DNA of 64,000 bases from an uncultured virus (IMG/VR IMGVR_UViG_3300010160_000040) (IMGVR_UViG_3300010160_000040); one strand, 5' to 3'; positions 1 through 9,579 are shown, counted from the stretch's first letter. Program-made: numbers and translations. The notes: generated from the letters alone by a model not told the origin.

Positions 1-213
1 CGCCTAAAGATATTGATACTCCTCTCACAAAGAAATGTAATACGTGGGAGGAGTTAAAACAGCAAGGTGTGAGTGTAGATAAAGTTCTATACTTACCTAT
101 AGGTGTTACAACAGGTAACATAAAAATACAAAAAACAAAGTCTTATGAAATAGACAAGATTAATAGAGGAATTAAAGAAAGAGAATTTATTAATATAGAA
201 AATTTAAAACAAA

Positions 214-588
214 ATGAACTCAACAATTTTATTGCAGAAGACTCAAACTCCGAGAGAGAGGATTGAGAAGTTAAACTCTAATACTATAGTTAAAGGTATT
301 GGTAGAAAGTATAATCAATCATCTGATTGGTTATGGATAAATAAATACGGCTCTGTTAAACTAAAGAACCTTGAATTTAATCATTTAAGATCTATTTTAA
401 GTAGCCTAAAACCTTCAGAATTAAGATTTAATGGTCATTCAGCTAATGAATGGATACAAGCTCTTAAAACTGAAATAAACCAAAGAAATGAAATGGCTGA
501 TAGTTTATTAGCTAATATATTTCCAAAGTTTAGACAATTACATACCCAAGCTGTACAAGAAATTCTCCAACATAAAAATAATGGCTAG
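214..588 (+). CDS. hypothetical protein
   Basis: 124-aa ORF with A-rich leader; no recognised motif. Confidence 0.6.
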   Translation: MNSTILLQKTQTPRERIEKLNSNTIVKGIGRKYNQSSDWLWINKYGSVKLKNLEFNHLRSILSSLKPSELRFNGHSANEWIQALKTEINQRNEMADSLLANIFPKFRQLHTQAVQEILQHKNNG

Positions 589-670
589 ACATATAAGTTG
601 AGAGAACATTTAAAATATTAGCTTAAAATAAACAACTAAATAATTAATTACAATTTAAAACAAAACAATC

Positions 671-1303
671 ATGAAACAATCATTAAACGGAATCACAAAA
701 GAATTTGCAGTATTATCAGTAGATAAAGTTACAGCATCAGAGTACAAAGAAGGTATTTACCAAGCACAAATCAGACAAACTGTTACAACAACTTACCCTA
801 GTAAGAGAGTAGATAATAGTATGCAAGATAGTTTATTTGCAATCGAAGATTTCAAATTAGAACTTGGTGAATCATATGAATCAACACGAGTAGGCTGGAT
901 TAATGTACCAGAAGGTACAACAGCTGAACAAGTAGCACAACTATTAGGTACTAAACCAAATGCACGTATTTGCAAAAAGTATTCTAATAAACTACTTGAT
1001 GTCTTAACAGACGAGCAAAAGTATTCAATATCAGCAGGTCAAAGAACTGCAGCTCAATTTGCAGAGTCTTTAGTTATTAGAAATTCAGCTGGAGAAATTG
1101 TACAACCAGTACAATACTCACAAGGATTTTATGTTAATGACTTTAGTAACCACAAAGGTAGTAGTGAAACTGGTATTAATATCTTTGGTGATATTGATAT
1201 TAGAGTAGCTAAAACTGTAACTGTTGCTACTCAAGCTGAAGCAGCTGCTAAAAGTGCTCAAGTAATTAGCAAGTTACAAGCTGAAGTTGATGCTTTAGCA
1301 TAA
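671..1303 (+). CDS. hypothetical protein, probably highly expressed
   Basis: 210-aa ORF with an A-rich leader, followed by a terminator-like hairpin. Confidence 0.75.
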   Translation: MKQSLNGITKEFAVLSVDKVTASEYKEGIYQAQIRQTVTTTYPSKRVDNSMQDSLFAIEDFKLELGESYESTRVGWINVPEGTTAEQVAQLLGTKPNARICKKYSNKLLDVLTDEQKYSISAGQRTAAQFAESLVIRNSAGEIVQPVQYSQGFYVNDFSNHKGSSETGINIFGDIDIRVAKTVTVATQAEAAAKSAQVISKLQAEVDALA

Positions 1304-1349
1304 CTAAAGATTAAAGGGTCTATTACACCTATTAACAAGTAGTAGTATC

Positions 1350-1395
1350 AATAGTATTAGGAGAGTTCTGGGAATTTCTCTCCTATACTATTTTT
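1350..1395 (+). terminator. probable intrinsic terminator
   Basis: AATAGTA(T)TAGGAGAG ... CTCTCCTATACTATT inverted repeat ending in a T run, downstream of 671..1303. Confidence 0.6.
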
Positions 1396-1414
1396 AAATT
1401 TAATAGCAATTAAT

Positions 1415-1603
1415 ATGACTAATAAATACGAGCCTATGACGTGGTATAGTAATAGTACTTTACAAGGTACTAATATACATCAGTTAATACAAGATAATAC
1501 CCTAGAAGCAAAGGAAATGCTTAAAATAGTAGGTGATATACCTAGCTATAAAAGTTTCTTTTATTTTATTAGCAATAATAAAGTAATTATAATAACAAAT
1601 TAA
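1415..1603 (+). CDS. small hypothetical protein
   Basis: 62-aa ORF between the terminator and the tRNA-like element. Confidence 0.45.
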   Translation: MTNKYEPMTWYSNSTLQGTNIHQLIQDNTLEAKEMLKIVGDIPSYKSFFYFISNNKVIIITN

Positions 1604-1608
1604 AATAC

Positions 1609-1713
1609 GGTCAGGTGGCGGAATGGTAGACGCTATCTAAAAGATCATATGAAAGGGTGACATAAGAGTGAAATGAATAAACCCACTTACAGGTTCAAAT
1701 CCTGCTCTGACCA
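1609..1713 (+). ncRNA. tRNA-like element with no canonical anticodon arm (pseudo-tRNA)
   Basis: Acceptor stem GGTCAGG/TCTGACC; D-arm GCG-GAATGGTAGA-CGC; T-arm CAGG-TTCAAAT-CCTG. The 55 nt between the D and T arms lack a 5-bp/7-nt anticodon arm. No CCA is encoded. Confidence 0.7.
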
Positions 1714-1732
1714 CAAACTAAAAACAAATAAT

Positions 1733-2092
1733 ATGAAAAACATAATAATAGACGGTGTAGAATATACACCTGTAATTAAACAATCTCAAATAGTTAATAA
1801 GCATTATCACTTTGAGTTACATCCAGATAATTTAGGAGAAATGACTTGGGATGAAGCTATTAAAGCAGTTAAAAAGTTAGGAGATGGTTGGAGATTACCA
1901 ACTATTCAAGAATGCTTTATAATTTATGAAGATAAATTGATAAAAAACCAAGACTATTGGAGCAGTACCGAGTATGACGCATCCGATGCGTACCTCTTCA
2001 ACTTCAACTTTGGTTACGCCAACCTCTCTTATAAGACAATTACTTACCCCGTGCGTGCGGTTCGGGCTTTAGAAAACATAGAATTTAGATGA
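1733..2092 (+). CDS. DUF1566 (Lcl/C-type lectin fold) protein, DGR-target-like
   Basis: Motifs MTWDEA, GWRLPT, YWSSTE and a VRAVRA end. The start is placed at ATG 1733 because the 1673 start lies inside the tRNA-like element. Confidence 0.8.
   Translation: MKNIIIDGVEYTPVIKQSQIVNKHYHFELHPDNLGEMTWDEAIKAVKKLGDGWRLPTIQECFIIYEDKLIKNQDYWSSTEYDASDAYLFNFNFGYANLSYKTITYPVRAVRALENIEFR
1952..2070 (+). other. putative DGR variable region (VR)
   Basis: Locally GC-richer 3' gene end with many NNC/NNT codons, ending GTGCGTGCGGTTCGGGCTTT. Confidence 0.6.
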
Positions 2093-2244
2093 AAAAATCT
2101 GAAGCATTAAAATATTTTTTATCATTGATACAACAAAGAGGAAGCTCACATATATCTGAAGAAGCATATAACGAGATATATAGAAAAATAAAAAATATGA
2201 ATGAACCTATAAGTAAAATTCAAATAGATAATCTTATAAATTAA
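2089..2244 (+). CDS. small hypothetical protein (51 aa, not in ORF track)
   Basis: ATGA overlap with the upstream stop; MKKSEALKYF...DNLIN. Confidence 0.55.
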   Translation: MKKSEALKYFLSLIQQRGSSHISEEAYNEIYRKIKNMNEPISKIQIDNLIN

Positions 2245-2252
2245 AAAACAAT

Positions 2253-2432
2253 ATGAAAAAAATAACACCATTTATAATTGCAACTTTAATAGTTTATTTT
2301 TGCTTTGCATTTATAACTTGGCATTACAATCCTTCACAATGGGTAATGGAAACAAGAGTTTTATTTATATTTATTTGCAGTGTCACTTTGTTACTTATTG
2401 AAGTTAAACAAGACATAAATAAAATAAATTAA
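2253..2432 (+). CDS. small membrane protein (59 aa, two hydrophobic segments, not in ORF track)
   Basis: MKKITPFIIATLIVYFCFAFITWHYNPSQWVMETRVLFIFICSVTLLLIEV... Confidence 0.6.
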   Translation: MKKITPFIIATLIVYFCFAFITWHYNPSQWVMETRVLFIFICSVTLLLIEVKQDINKIN

Positions 2433-2436
2433 AAAT

Positions 2437-2634
2437 ATGATTATCCAACTTAACCCAATGATACCTATATTTAGAGTATCAGATAATATGGAAGGTTATG
2501 CTTTTTTAGTTATAGATTATAGCCAAGAGCATAACCTACTATTTACTTGTGCTATGGATAATGGAGAGATTTGGACATTAAACAATAAAGAAATTAGATT
2601 TTGTAAAAACATATCACTAGATAGATTAAAATAA
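2437..2634 (+). CDS. small hypothetical phage protein
   Basis: 65-aa ORF, tightly packed in the operon. Confidence 0.65.
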   Translation: MIIQLNPMIPIFRVSDNMEGYAFLVIDYSQEHNLLFTCAMDNGEIWTLNNKEIRFCKNISLDRLK

Positions 2635-2635
2635 T

Positions 2636-2893
2636 ATGATAATAATTATAGCAATAATAATATTAATAATAATAACAAGTTTTTTAGTTTATCAATTTTT
2701 TGGAGATACTATAGGTAAAAGAATAGAAATTGATATGTCAAGAAATGTAGTATATGGTTGGTATTATGGCGAAATTTTAGCGAGTAAAAGATTCAGATAT
2801 AATTACACAGCTGAAGAAGTACTTAAAGCTAAAGAATTAGTTAAAATTGAATTAGATAAAAACATAAAAATTTATAAAGAAATTCATAAATGA
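2636..2893 (+). CDS. hypothetical protein with N-terminal TM anchor
   Basis: Ile-rich hydrophobic N-terminus; overlaps the next start. Confidence 0.6.
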   Translation: MIIIIAIIILIIITSFLVYQFFGDTIGKRIEIDMSRNVVYGWYYGEILASKRFRYNYTAEEVLKAKELVKIELDKNIKIYKEIHK

Positions 2894-3138
2894 GTCACAT
2901 AATAAATTACATCAAAACTAATTGTTATACTAGACATAGTTGTTTAGCTTGTATTATGAATTTTTATAATACATTTAAATTTAGACCTGAGTTACAATTT
3001 GTATCAGAAGGCCGTGTTTTTGATGCTTATGCTGATAAAAATATAAAACAAAATCAAGAAATCTTATCTAATTTATATGTCTATATAAATGATGGTAAAA
3101 TAGTAGAAAGTTTAGAACACTTTAATGAACATTTGTGA
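2890..3138 (+). CDS. hypothetical protein
   Basis: 82-aa ORF overlapping both neighbours. Confidence 0.55.
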   Translation: MSHIINYIKTNCYTRHSCLACIMNFYNTFKFRPELQFVSEGRVFDAYADKNIKQNQEILSNLYVYINDGKIVESLEHFNEHL

Positions 3139-3428
3139 TCATAGAAAAATTATTACCCGCGTTAGAATTAATTATTATTCTTATATTAATAGGAGTAACT
3201 AAAAATACATTTAAAAAAAATAATAACATGCCTAAAATAAAAGAAGAATCAGAAGTATTATATGATTGGTTATTTCATATAGACCCATATACTAAAACAG
3301 CAAATGCTTATCATCGTGAAGATTATATGGCTTATTGGAGTGGGGCTGAAGCTAAACATAAGATTCATAGAAGCAAAACTATGAGTATTAATGAACTAGC
3401 TGAATATATAAAACTTAAAGAAAAGTAA
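3135..3428 (+). CDS. hypothetical protein (start uncertain)
   Basis: 97-aa ORF; TAATG overlap with the next gene. Confidence 0.55.
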   Translation: MIIEKLLPALELIIILILIGVTKNTFKKNNNMPKIKEESEVLYDWLFHIDPYTKTANAYHREDYMAYWSGAEAKHKIHRSKTMSINELAEYIKLKEK

Positions 3429-3706
3429 TGAGTCAAGCAAGAAACTATAATAGAAGTTTGAAGCAAGCTAAATCTAATTCTATTCAAACTAAAATAGTTA
3501 ATAGATATTTTAAATTAAAAGATGAGTATTCTAAGCTTCCTTACGAAGAATTAGACTCTCTAGCAAAAGATGTTTATGAAGGTAGGGTAAAGTTATCTAA
3601 AACAGATAAACAAGCCTTATATGATACTTATAGACCTCAATTGATGCAAAAAGCACAAGAAGAGTTTGCAACTAAAATGGCTAATAAGAAAGAAGATGAC
3701 AAGTAA
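3428..3706 (+). CDS. hypothetical protein
   Basis: 92-aa ORF, translationally coupled to the upstream gene. Confidence 0.6.
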   Translation: MSQARNYNRSLKQAKSNSIQTKIVNRYFKLKDEYSKLPYEELDSLAKDVYEGRVKLSKTDKQALYDTYRPQLMQKAQEEFATKMANKKEDDK

Positions 3707-3920
3707 TCAACAAAATAGAGTTATGTTTTTAGCTAAAAAACTAAAAATACAACATAGTTTAGAATATTGGTTAATTCTTAATAAACTAGCTGAACATAAA
3801 AACTGGACTCCTATAACTATAGTTGATAAAGTTAAAGAATTAGGTATGATTTGCTTTAATAATGATATAAATCATCACCCTATTGATTGGTTATATAATG
3901 AGTATTTAAATAATAAATAA
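3696..3920 (+). CDS. hypothetical protein
   Basis: Likely ATG start near 3696 (MTSNQQ...) within track ORF 3666..3920. Confidence 0.55.
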   Translation: MTSNQQNRVMFLAKKLKIQHSLEYWLILNKLAEHKNWTPITIVDKVKELGMICFNNDINHHPIDWLYNEYLNNK

Positions 3921-3937
3921 AATAAAAAAACTAAATT

Positions 3938-4339
3938 ATGACTAGCATAGAACTAACAGAAGAACATAAAGTTAAGTTACTTGAGATGTGTAAAGTATTG
4001 TTTCCTGAATCTAGGTACTGGTGGGAATATGAAATGTATGGTAGAGCATTAAAACAAGACTTTAATGATGTATTAGCTGTTGCAGAAACACTTAATCCGC
4101 CTATAAACATAGGTACAAAAGAAAAACCTTGGATGCAAACTACTAGTTATTATAATATTCATTGGTTTGAATTTTGTTTGCTGCACCTTTCTGAAAAAAT
4201 TTACAAATCTTTTTTTAAATTAGGAGAAGAAGATAATTGGTATGGTTGCCATCTTAATTGGGCAATTAATAGTATGTACACTCAAAATACAAATAAAGTA
4301 CATTTGGTAGACTACTTATATGAAGAATTTAAAAAATAA
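3938..4339 (+). CDS. hypothetical phage protein
   Basis: 133-aa ORF directly upstream of polA. Confidence 0.65.
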   Translation: MTSIELTEEHKVKLLEMCKVLFPESRYWWEYEMYGRALKQDFNDVLAVAETLNPPINIGTKEKPWMQTTSYYNIHWFEFCLLHLSEKIYKSFFKLGEEDNWYGCHLNWAINSMYTQNTNKVHLVDYLYEEFKK

Positions 4340-4344
4340 ATTAA

Positions 4345-6003
4345 ATGATATACACAATAGGTTGTTGGGATAGGTTATTTGAAGATGATGAGTATAAAGA
4401 AAGTACTGTAGAACATTGTTTAAGCTATTTTAGTAACCACAAGAGTATTCAACTAGATACTGAGACTAAAGGTAAAGATGCTCATAGCAAAGCTTTATTA
4501 TCTTTACAATTAGGTGATTCAGATAATCAATGGGTTATTGATGTACGTAAAATAAATATCTTAAACTTTAAAGACCTCATAGAGAGTAAGATAATAATAG
4601 GACATAATCTTAAATTTGATTATAAGTTCTTAAAGCATGCAGGAATAACATTAAATAATTGTTATGATACTATGCTTACAGAATGTGTCCTATATTGTGG
4701 TTACGATAAGTGGGGTTATGGTTTAGATAAGCTTGCACAAAGATATCTTGATGTAACTTTAGATAAAAGTACAAGAGGTGATTTCTTTAGATTAAATGCA
4801 GAACCTTTTAACACTGATCAAATTTTATATGCTGCTAGAGATGTTAAATATCTTCATAAGATAGCTGGATTACAATACGAAAGAGTTAGAAAATATAACT
4901 TAGAATATTGTGTTGATTTAGAAAATGAAGTATTTAAATCTCTTGCAGATATAGAATATAATGGTATGACTTTAAATAGAGAAAAGTGGTTAGGTAATAC
5001 TAATACTTTTAAACAAGAGTTAGATGATTTAGAAATTCACTTAGATAAAGTAATAACTGATGAACCTCTATTACAAAAGTTTGTACCTAAATATATTCAG
5101 AGTAATTTATTTGATGAACCTGAAAGAATACTAAAGATAAATTATGCTTCACCATTGCAAATTAAAAATATTTGTAATACTTTAGGATATGATATTGATA
5201 GTACAAATGACAGAGAATTAACTAAATTAGCTGATAAGCATGAATTCTTTAAAGTACTACAAGATTACAGAGAGAAAGCTAAAATAATATCTACTTATGG
5301 AGAAGGTTTCTTAGATTATATTAATCCTCATACCAATAGAGTTCATACTAGTTTCTGGCAAGTGCTTAATACTGGTCGTGTTAGCTCTGGTTCTAAAGAT
5401 GATAATGCGCCTAACTTACAAAACATTCCAGCTAAAAATATATTTAGGAATTGTTTTGAAGCTAGACCAGGTTATTTATGGGTATCTATTGACTATAGTG
5501 GTCAAGAGTTAAACTTAATGGCTGATGGTTCTGGTGAAGAAGGTTTTATAGATGTATTAAACAGAGGTGAAGATTTACATTGTTATGCAGGTTCTCTAAT
5601 GTTTAAGAAAACTATAACTAAAGCTGATAAAGACCTTAGAAACAAAGCTAAAACCATAAATTTTGGTAAACCATATGGTATGGGGCCTAACAAACTAGCT
5701 GATACTTTACAAATTAGTATAGAAGAAGCTGAAACACTGTTTAAAGAATATGGAATAGCTTTCCCTAAACTAAATAAATGGTTAGATACTCAAGCTAAAC
5801 TAGGTGTAACAAGAGGTTATAGTGAAACATTTGCTCCTTGTAAGAGGAAAAGATTTTATCCTGAACTAGAAATTATACCTAGATTAAGAGAAGAAACTAA
5901 ATATGTTATTAAAGGTTCTCCTGAAAGTAAAGTTTTGTGGAAGCAAATACTTCAAACTGAAGGACAAGTTCAAAGAAATTCTATGAATAGCCCAATTCAG
6001 GGT
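4345..6003 (+). CDS. polA: DNA polymerase family A, exon 1 (3'-5' exonuclease plus polymerase motifs A and B)
   Basis: LDTET, GHNLKFD, YAARD, TGRVSS, PNLQNIP, DYSGQE, RNKAKTINFGKPYG; ends at NSPIQG. Confidence 0.95.
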
Positions 6004-6840
6004 TAAAAAGACCGAGCCCTGATTAAACAATGTGAATTGCTGGAAGCCTGAAATGGTAATCAGCAGCCAAGCCTTACAGAAATGTATTGAAGGTTCAACG
6101 ACTAGAAAAAGTAGTCTTAGTATTTAGCTATATAAATACAGACAAAATTTCCACGAGCGCATTGCTTTATTAACATTTTATGTTATATTGACTCCTACAC
6201 TAATAACGGAGAAGATATGAAAAAATGTAAATTATGTAATTTAGAACAAGAAGATAGTAATTTCTATAAAAATGGAAAGTATCTATTGAGTAATTGTAGA
6301 AAATGTTTAAACAAAACTAGATTAGCCTATCAGAATGAATATAGAAAGAAAAATTCTGAAAAAGTTGCTATCTGGGGAAAAGAAAGTAGAAAGCGATTGC
6401 AAGCAGATGAAGTAAAAAGAGCTCATAAAAATGAGTTAAAAAGAGCTTCATTTAAACGGAATATAATACATGTATTATGGAAACGTACTAAAGATAGAGC
6501 ATTAAAAAAAGGTTATGATTTTAACCTTGAAGAATCAGATATTACTATACCTGAATTATGCCCTATATTAGAAATCCCTATATTTTGTGGAGATCGTTCA
6601 AACTATAATAATAGTCCTACAATAGATAGAGTAGATAACAGTAAGGGTTATACAAAAGATAATATTAAAATTATCTCAATGTTGGCTAATACTATGAAAA
6701 ACTCAGCATCTATTGATGAGCTAAAAGCTTTTTGTAAAAACATTTTAAATTATATAAATGATAAAGATGATATAGTCTAACCTACAAGGAAGAATAACTT
6801 GTAGAATCTAAGGATAAAGAGCCTTAGAGATAATAAAAAG
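6004..6840 (+). mobile_element. group I intron (837 nt) in polA carrying a homing endonuclease
   Basis: Interrupts PIQG|SGAD. The 5' exon ends in U, with P1 pairing CAGGGU/GCCCUG. Core elements AATTGCTGGAA, AATCAGCAG, TTCAACGACTA and GATATAGTCTA are present, and the terminal G is at 6840. Confidence 0.92.
6217..6780 (+). CDS. intron-encoded HNH-family homing endonuclease
   Basis: CxxC...CxxC N-terminus; CPIL, SPTIDRVDNSKGYTKDNI...N. The stop overlaps the intron P7' element. Confidence 0.88.
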   Translation: MKKCKLCNLEQEDSNFYKNGKYLLSNCRKCLNKTRLAYQNEYRKKNSEKVAIWGKESRKRLQADEVKRAHKNELKRASFKRNIIHVLWKRTKDRALKKGYDFNLEESDITIPELCPILEIPIFCGDRSNYNNSPTIDRVDNSKGYTKDNIKIISMLANTMKNSASIDELKAFCKNILNYINDKDDIV

Positions 6841-7095
6841 TCGGGAGCTGATATTACTAAAGAAGCTTTAATAGGTGTTAGAGAGTTAATTATTACTTAT
6901 AATAATACCTATAAAGAAGATGTAGCTTATCTTATATGTACAGTTCATGATGCTATTGATGTAGAAGTTAGAGAAGATCTAGCTAATCAATTTGCTAAAG
7001 AAATGGAAGATATAATGATAAACGCAGGTAATAAATATGTATCTAAAGTTCAAATGAAAGTAGATACTACAATAACTAAAGAATGGATAAAATAA
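6841..7095 (+). CDS. polA: DNA polymerase family A, exon 2 (motif C; not in ORF track)
   Basis: Translates SGADITKEAL...LICTVHDAIDVE...KEWIK*. The spliced product is 637 aa. Confidence 0.92.
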   Translation, partial: SGADITKEALIGVRELIITYNNTYKEDVAYLICTVHDAIDVEVREDLANQFAKEMEDIMINAGNKYVSKVQMKVDTTITKEWIK

Positions 7096-7111
7096 CTAAA
7101 AATGAATAAAA

Positions 7112-7993
7112 ATGGATAATAATGAAATAATAGATGAAAGCTGGGTAGGCCAACGTGTTACTTGCACAATTTACCCTGATGATGAAGAAGGTGTTCACAT
7201 TATTGATGCTAAAATATCAGCTCATAATGGTTACAATTACGGAATATGTCAAAATGAAGTTTCTGGATCTGATGATGGTGATCATTTAGGTTATGCTTAT
7301 GTTTGGAGAATAGATAATGCCGTAGAAAATTTAAAACTAGTAAAACCAGAATTAAAGTTTAATTTTATGGATCTAGTAGTATCTGATGATGGATTATACT
7401 ATGTAATAGCTAGTGATACAAATTTTGTAGGTCAGTGTAAAGGTTATTCTATTAAGAATGATGAATATGTAACTATAAATACTAATACTCTTAAATTATC
7501 TTCATTTGAAGAAGCTTGTAAAAAAGCTCCTACTCACGCTATAATTAATAGTGTTGAAGATAGTAGTAATCAATATAAGTACCCAGCGAAAAAACGTTTC
7601 TGTTTAGGTAAAACTTTAAAAATTGAAGCTCATAAAGAAGGGTCTGTCACTACTCCGCGTCATATTGTTTTATCATATCCAGATGGAAGCTCAGGTTGTT
7701 GGCTTTATAGTGATGTTACATTAACAATAGTATTACCAGTTATTTTTCTACAAAAGTTTGGTAAAGATTTAACAGTTAAAGTTGATGACACAGTTAGATT
7801 AATTAATAACAAAAAGTTACCTTTTGAAAGAAATGCTAAATGTCAAGTTATTAAAATAACTGCTAGTATTAACAACAAGTATACCATTAAGAATACTAAA
7901 AATAGCCCTCTTGATGTAGTCTATTTGAAGAATTTAAGAACAGGTAGAATAGAGCCTACTTATATGAAAAATGTTAAAAAAATTACTATTTAA
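7112..7993 (+). CDS. hypothetical protein
   Basis: 293-aa ORF abutting the next gene. Confidence 0.75.
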   Translation: MDNNEIIDESWVGQRVTCTIYPDDEEGVHIIDAKISAHNGYNYGICQNEVSGSDDGDHLGYAYVWRIDNAVENLKLVKPELKFNFMDLVVSDDGLYYVIASDTNFVGQCKGYSIKNDEYVTINTNTLKLSSFEEACKKAPTHAIINSVEDSSNQYKYPAKKRFCLGKTLKIEAHKEGSVTTPRHIVLSYPDGSSGCWLYSDVTLTIVLPVIFLQKFGKDLTVKVDDTVRLINNKKLPFERNAKCQVIKITASINNKYTIKNTKNSPLDVVYLKNLRTGRIEPTYMKNVKKITI

Positions 7994-8728
7994 ATGATAA
8001 AAATTACAAACACCCAAAACAGAAACATTTTATCAGAAGGTAGGTCTAATAATATGGGATTCGCTTTCTGTAAAATAGTTAATGAAAATGAGTATGAAAC
8101 TATTCAACCTATTAGTCCCTGTAAAGATTATTTAAATGATGTAATATTTGCTGAAAATACTGATAAATCTATTTATGCTCATGGATTACATTTAAAAGGC
8201 AAACAAGGGATACTTGAAAGTGAACTAGTATATATGGCTATCTCTATATGTCCTTACAAGTATAATCATACTTACAATGAGAAAGACTTTATTGTTGAAA
8301 AAGATAGATTAGCTAAATATCATAAACATTTAGAATACTTTATTAATTATTTTGAGGAATTACTTGATATAGATATTAAGTCTAATACAATAATTAGTGA
8401 AGTATCTGATAATTTATATTTAGTTGAGCTACCTAAAATATGGGCAGAAAGTACTTATATGATAAGTCTATACAGTTTGTTATTAAGAGCTGGACAAACT
8501 TATGATGATACAAGTATTAATCCTATAAAATTCTTAAAAAGTGATAAAATTTATCAACCTGATGTAAGTCTAGTTAGATCAAGTATTACTAAAATAGAAG
8601 AAATACTTAAATATGGACCAATACCTCAAGATTTTAGTACTTTAAAAGGTGATACAAGTACTCATAATTTAGGTATAGTGTCTTATAAATTAGATTACAA
8701 ACAATTTAAAGTAGAAAAAGCTATATGA
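7994..8728 (+). CDS. hypothetical protein of the amidoligase cluster (CKDYLND motif)
   Basis: 244-aa ORF overlapping the ATP-grasp gene start. Confidence 0.7.
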   Translation: MIKITNTQNRNILSEGRSNNMGFAFCKIVNENEYETIQPISPCKDYLNDVIFAENTDKSIYAHGLHLKGKQGILESELVYMAISICPYKYNHTYNEKDFIVEKDRLAKYHKHLEYFINYFEELLDIDIKSNTIISEVSDNLYLVELPKIWAESTYMISLYSLLLRAGQTYDDTSINPIKFLKSDKIYQPDVSLVRSSITKIEEILKYGPIPQDFSTLKGDTSTHNLGIVSYKLDYKQFKVEKAI

Positions 8729-9579
8729 TATTAAAGAAGAAAAAAAGTAGCTTAAAACAAGCTAAAAAGATTATTACATTTTTTAGGACTCTTGTACTAA
8801 CTAGGCATCCTAGCCATAAACCACTCAGAAAACAATTACAGTTATGTAAAGGTAGGAGCGTTGTAAGGTTAGGTAGTACAACCTCGCTAAATGATGGTAA
8901 AGTTAGAACAGAGGTTAATAGTGTACAAGGTATTAAGAATAGTGCTAGTAAGTTATTGATGAAACAATGTTTTACTAGAGCTGGTGTTAAAACAGCTAAT
9001 TGGTTTACAAAAGCAGAAGGTGTACAAGCATTTATAAATATTCATGAAGATCTTATTGATTATGATAATTTACCTTATCCTATTATTGCTAAACATCAAT
9101 TTGGTAGTAGAGGTACAGGTAATTATAAACTAGATAATCAACAAGCATTAGAACAATGGATGGTGGGTAAAAATTTAAGTAATTATATCTTTGAGAAATT
9201 TCAACCACTTGGTAGAGAGTATAGATTACATATAAGTAAGTTTGGTTGTTTCTATGCTTGTAGAAAGTTACTAAAGAGTGATGCCCCAGAAAATACTTGG
9301 CAGTATCATGATGATGTAGTTACTTGGGCTTTAGAGAGTAATCCAAGCTTTAAGAAGCCTAACAATTGGAATGATATTGTAGCAGATTGTGTAAAAGCTC
9401 AAAAATCACTAGGATTAGATATTTGCGCATTTGATGTTATAGTATCTTTACCTAATAAAGAGAATAACTCAGATTGGTTAATTGTAGAATCAGCTAGTGC
9501 TCCAAGTTTTGGTGATATCACATTGCAAAAATATTTAATAGAAATACCTAAAATAATTAATAGTAAAAATGGAAGATAA
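8725..9579 (+). CDS. ATP-grasp ligase (RimK-like)
   Basis: YPIIAK..GSRGTG, YIFEKF, REYRLH, LGLDICAFDV, IVESASAP. Confidence 0.85.
   Translation: MILKKKKSSLKQAKKIITFFRTLVLTRHPSHKPLRKQLQLCKGRSVVRLGSTTSLNDGKVRTEVNSVQGIKNSASKLLMKQCFTRAGVKTANWFTKAEGVQAFINIHEDLIDYDNLPYPIIAKHQFGSRGTGNYKLDNQQALEQWMVGKNLSNYIFEKFQPLGREYRLHISKFGCFYACRKLLKSDAPENTWQYHDDVVTWALESNPSFKKPNNWNDIVADCVKAQKSLGLDICAFDVIVSLPNKENNSDWLIVESASAPSFGDITLQKYLIEIPKIINSKNGR

Noticed and set aside
18..54. Hairpin ACTCCTCTCAC/GTGGGAGGAGT
   Set aside because: The inverted repeat is real, but it has no U tail and its upstream context is cut off by the window edge, so no function can be assigned.
69..266. 65-aa GTG-start ORF
   Set aside because: It overlaps 214..588 by 53 nt and has no motif; it cannot be supported at the window edge.
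1634..1650. Calling the tRNA-like element tRNA-Leu(TAA)
   Set aside because: The TAA is not centred in a 7-nt loop closed by a 5-bp stem, so no anticodon can be assigned.
4345..6006. polA as a truncated pseudogene
   Set aside because: The missing C-terminus is present at 6841-7095, behind a group I intron.
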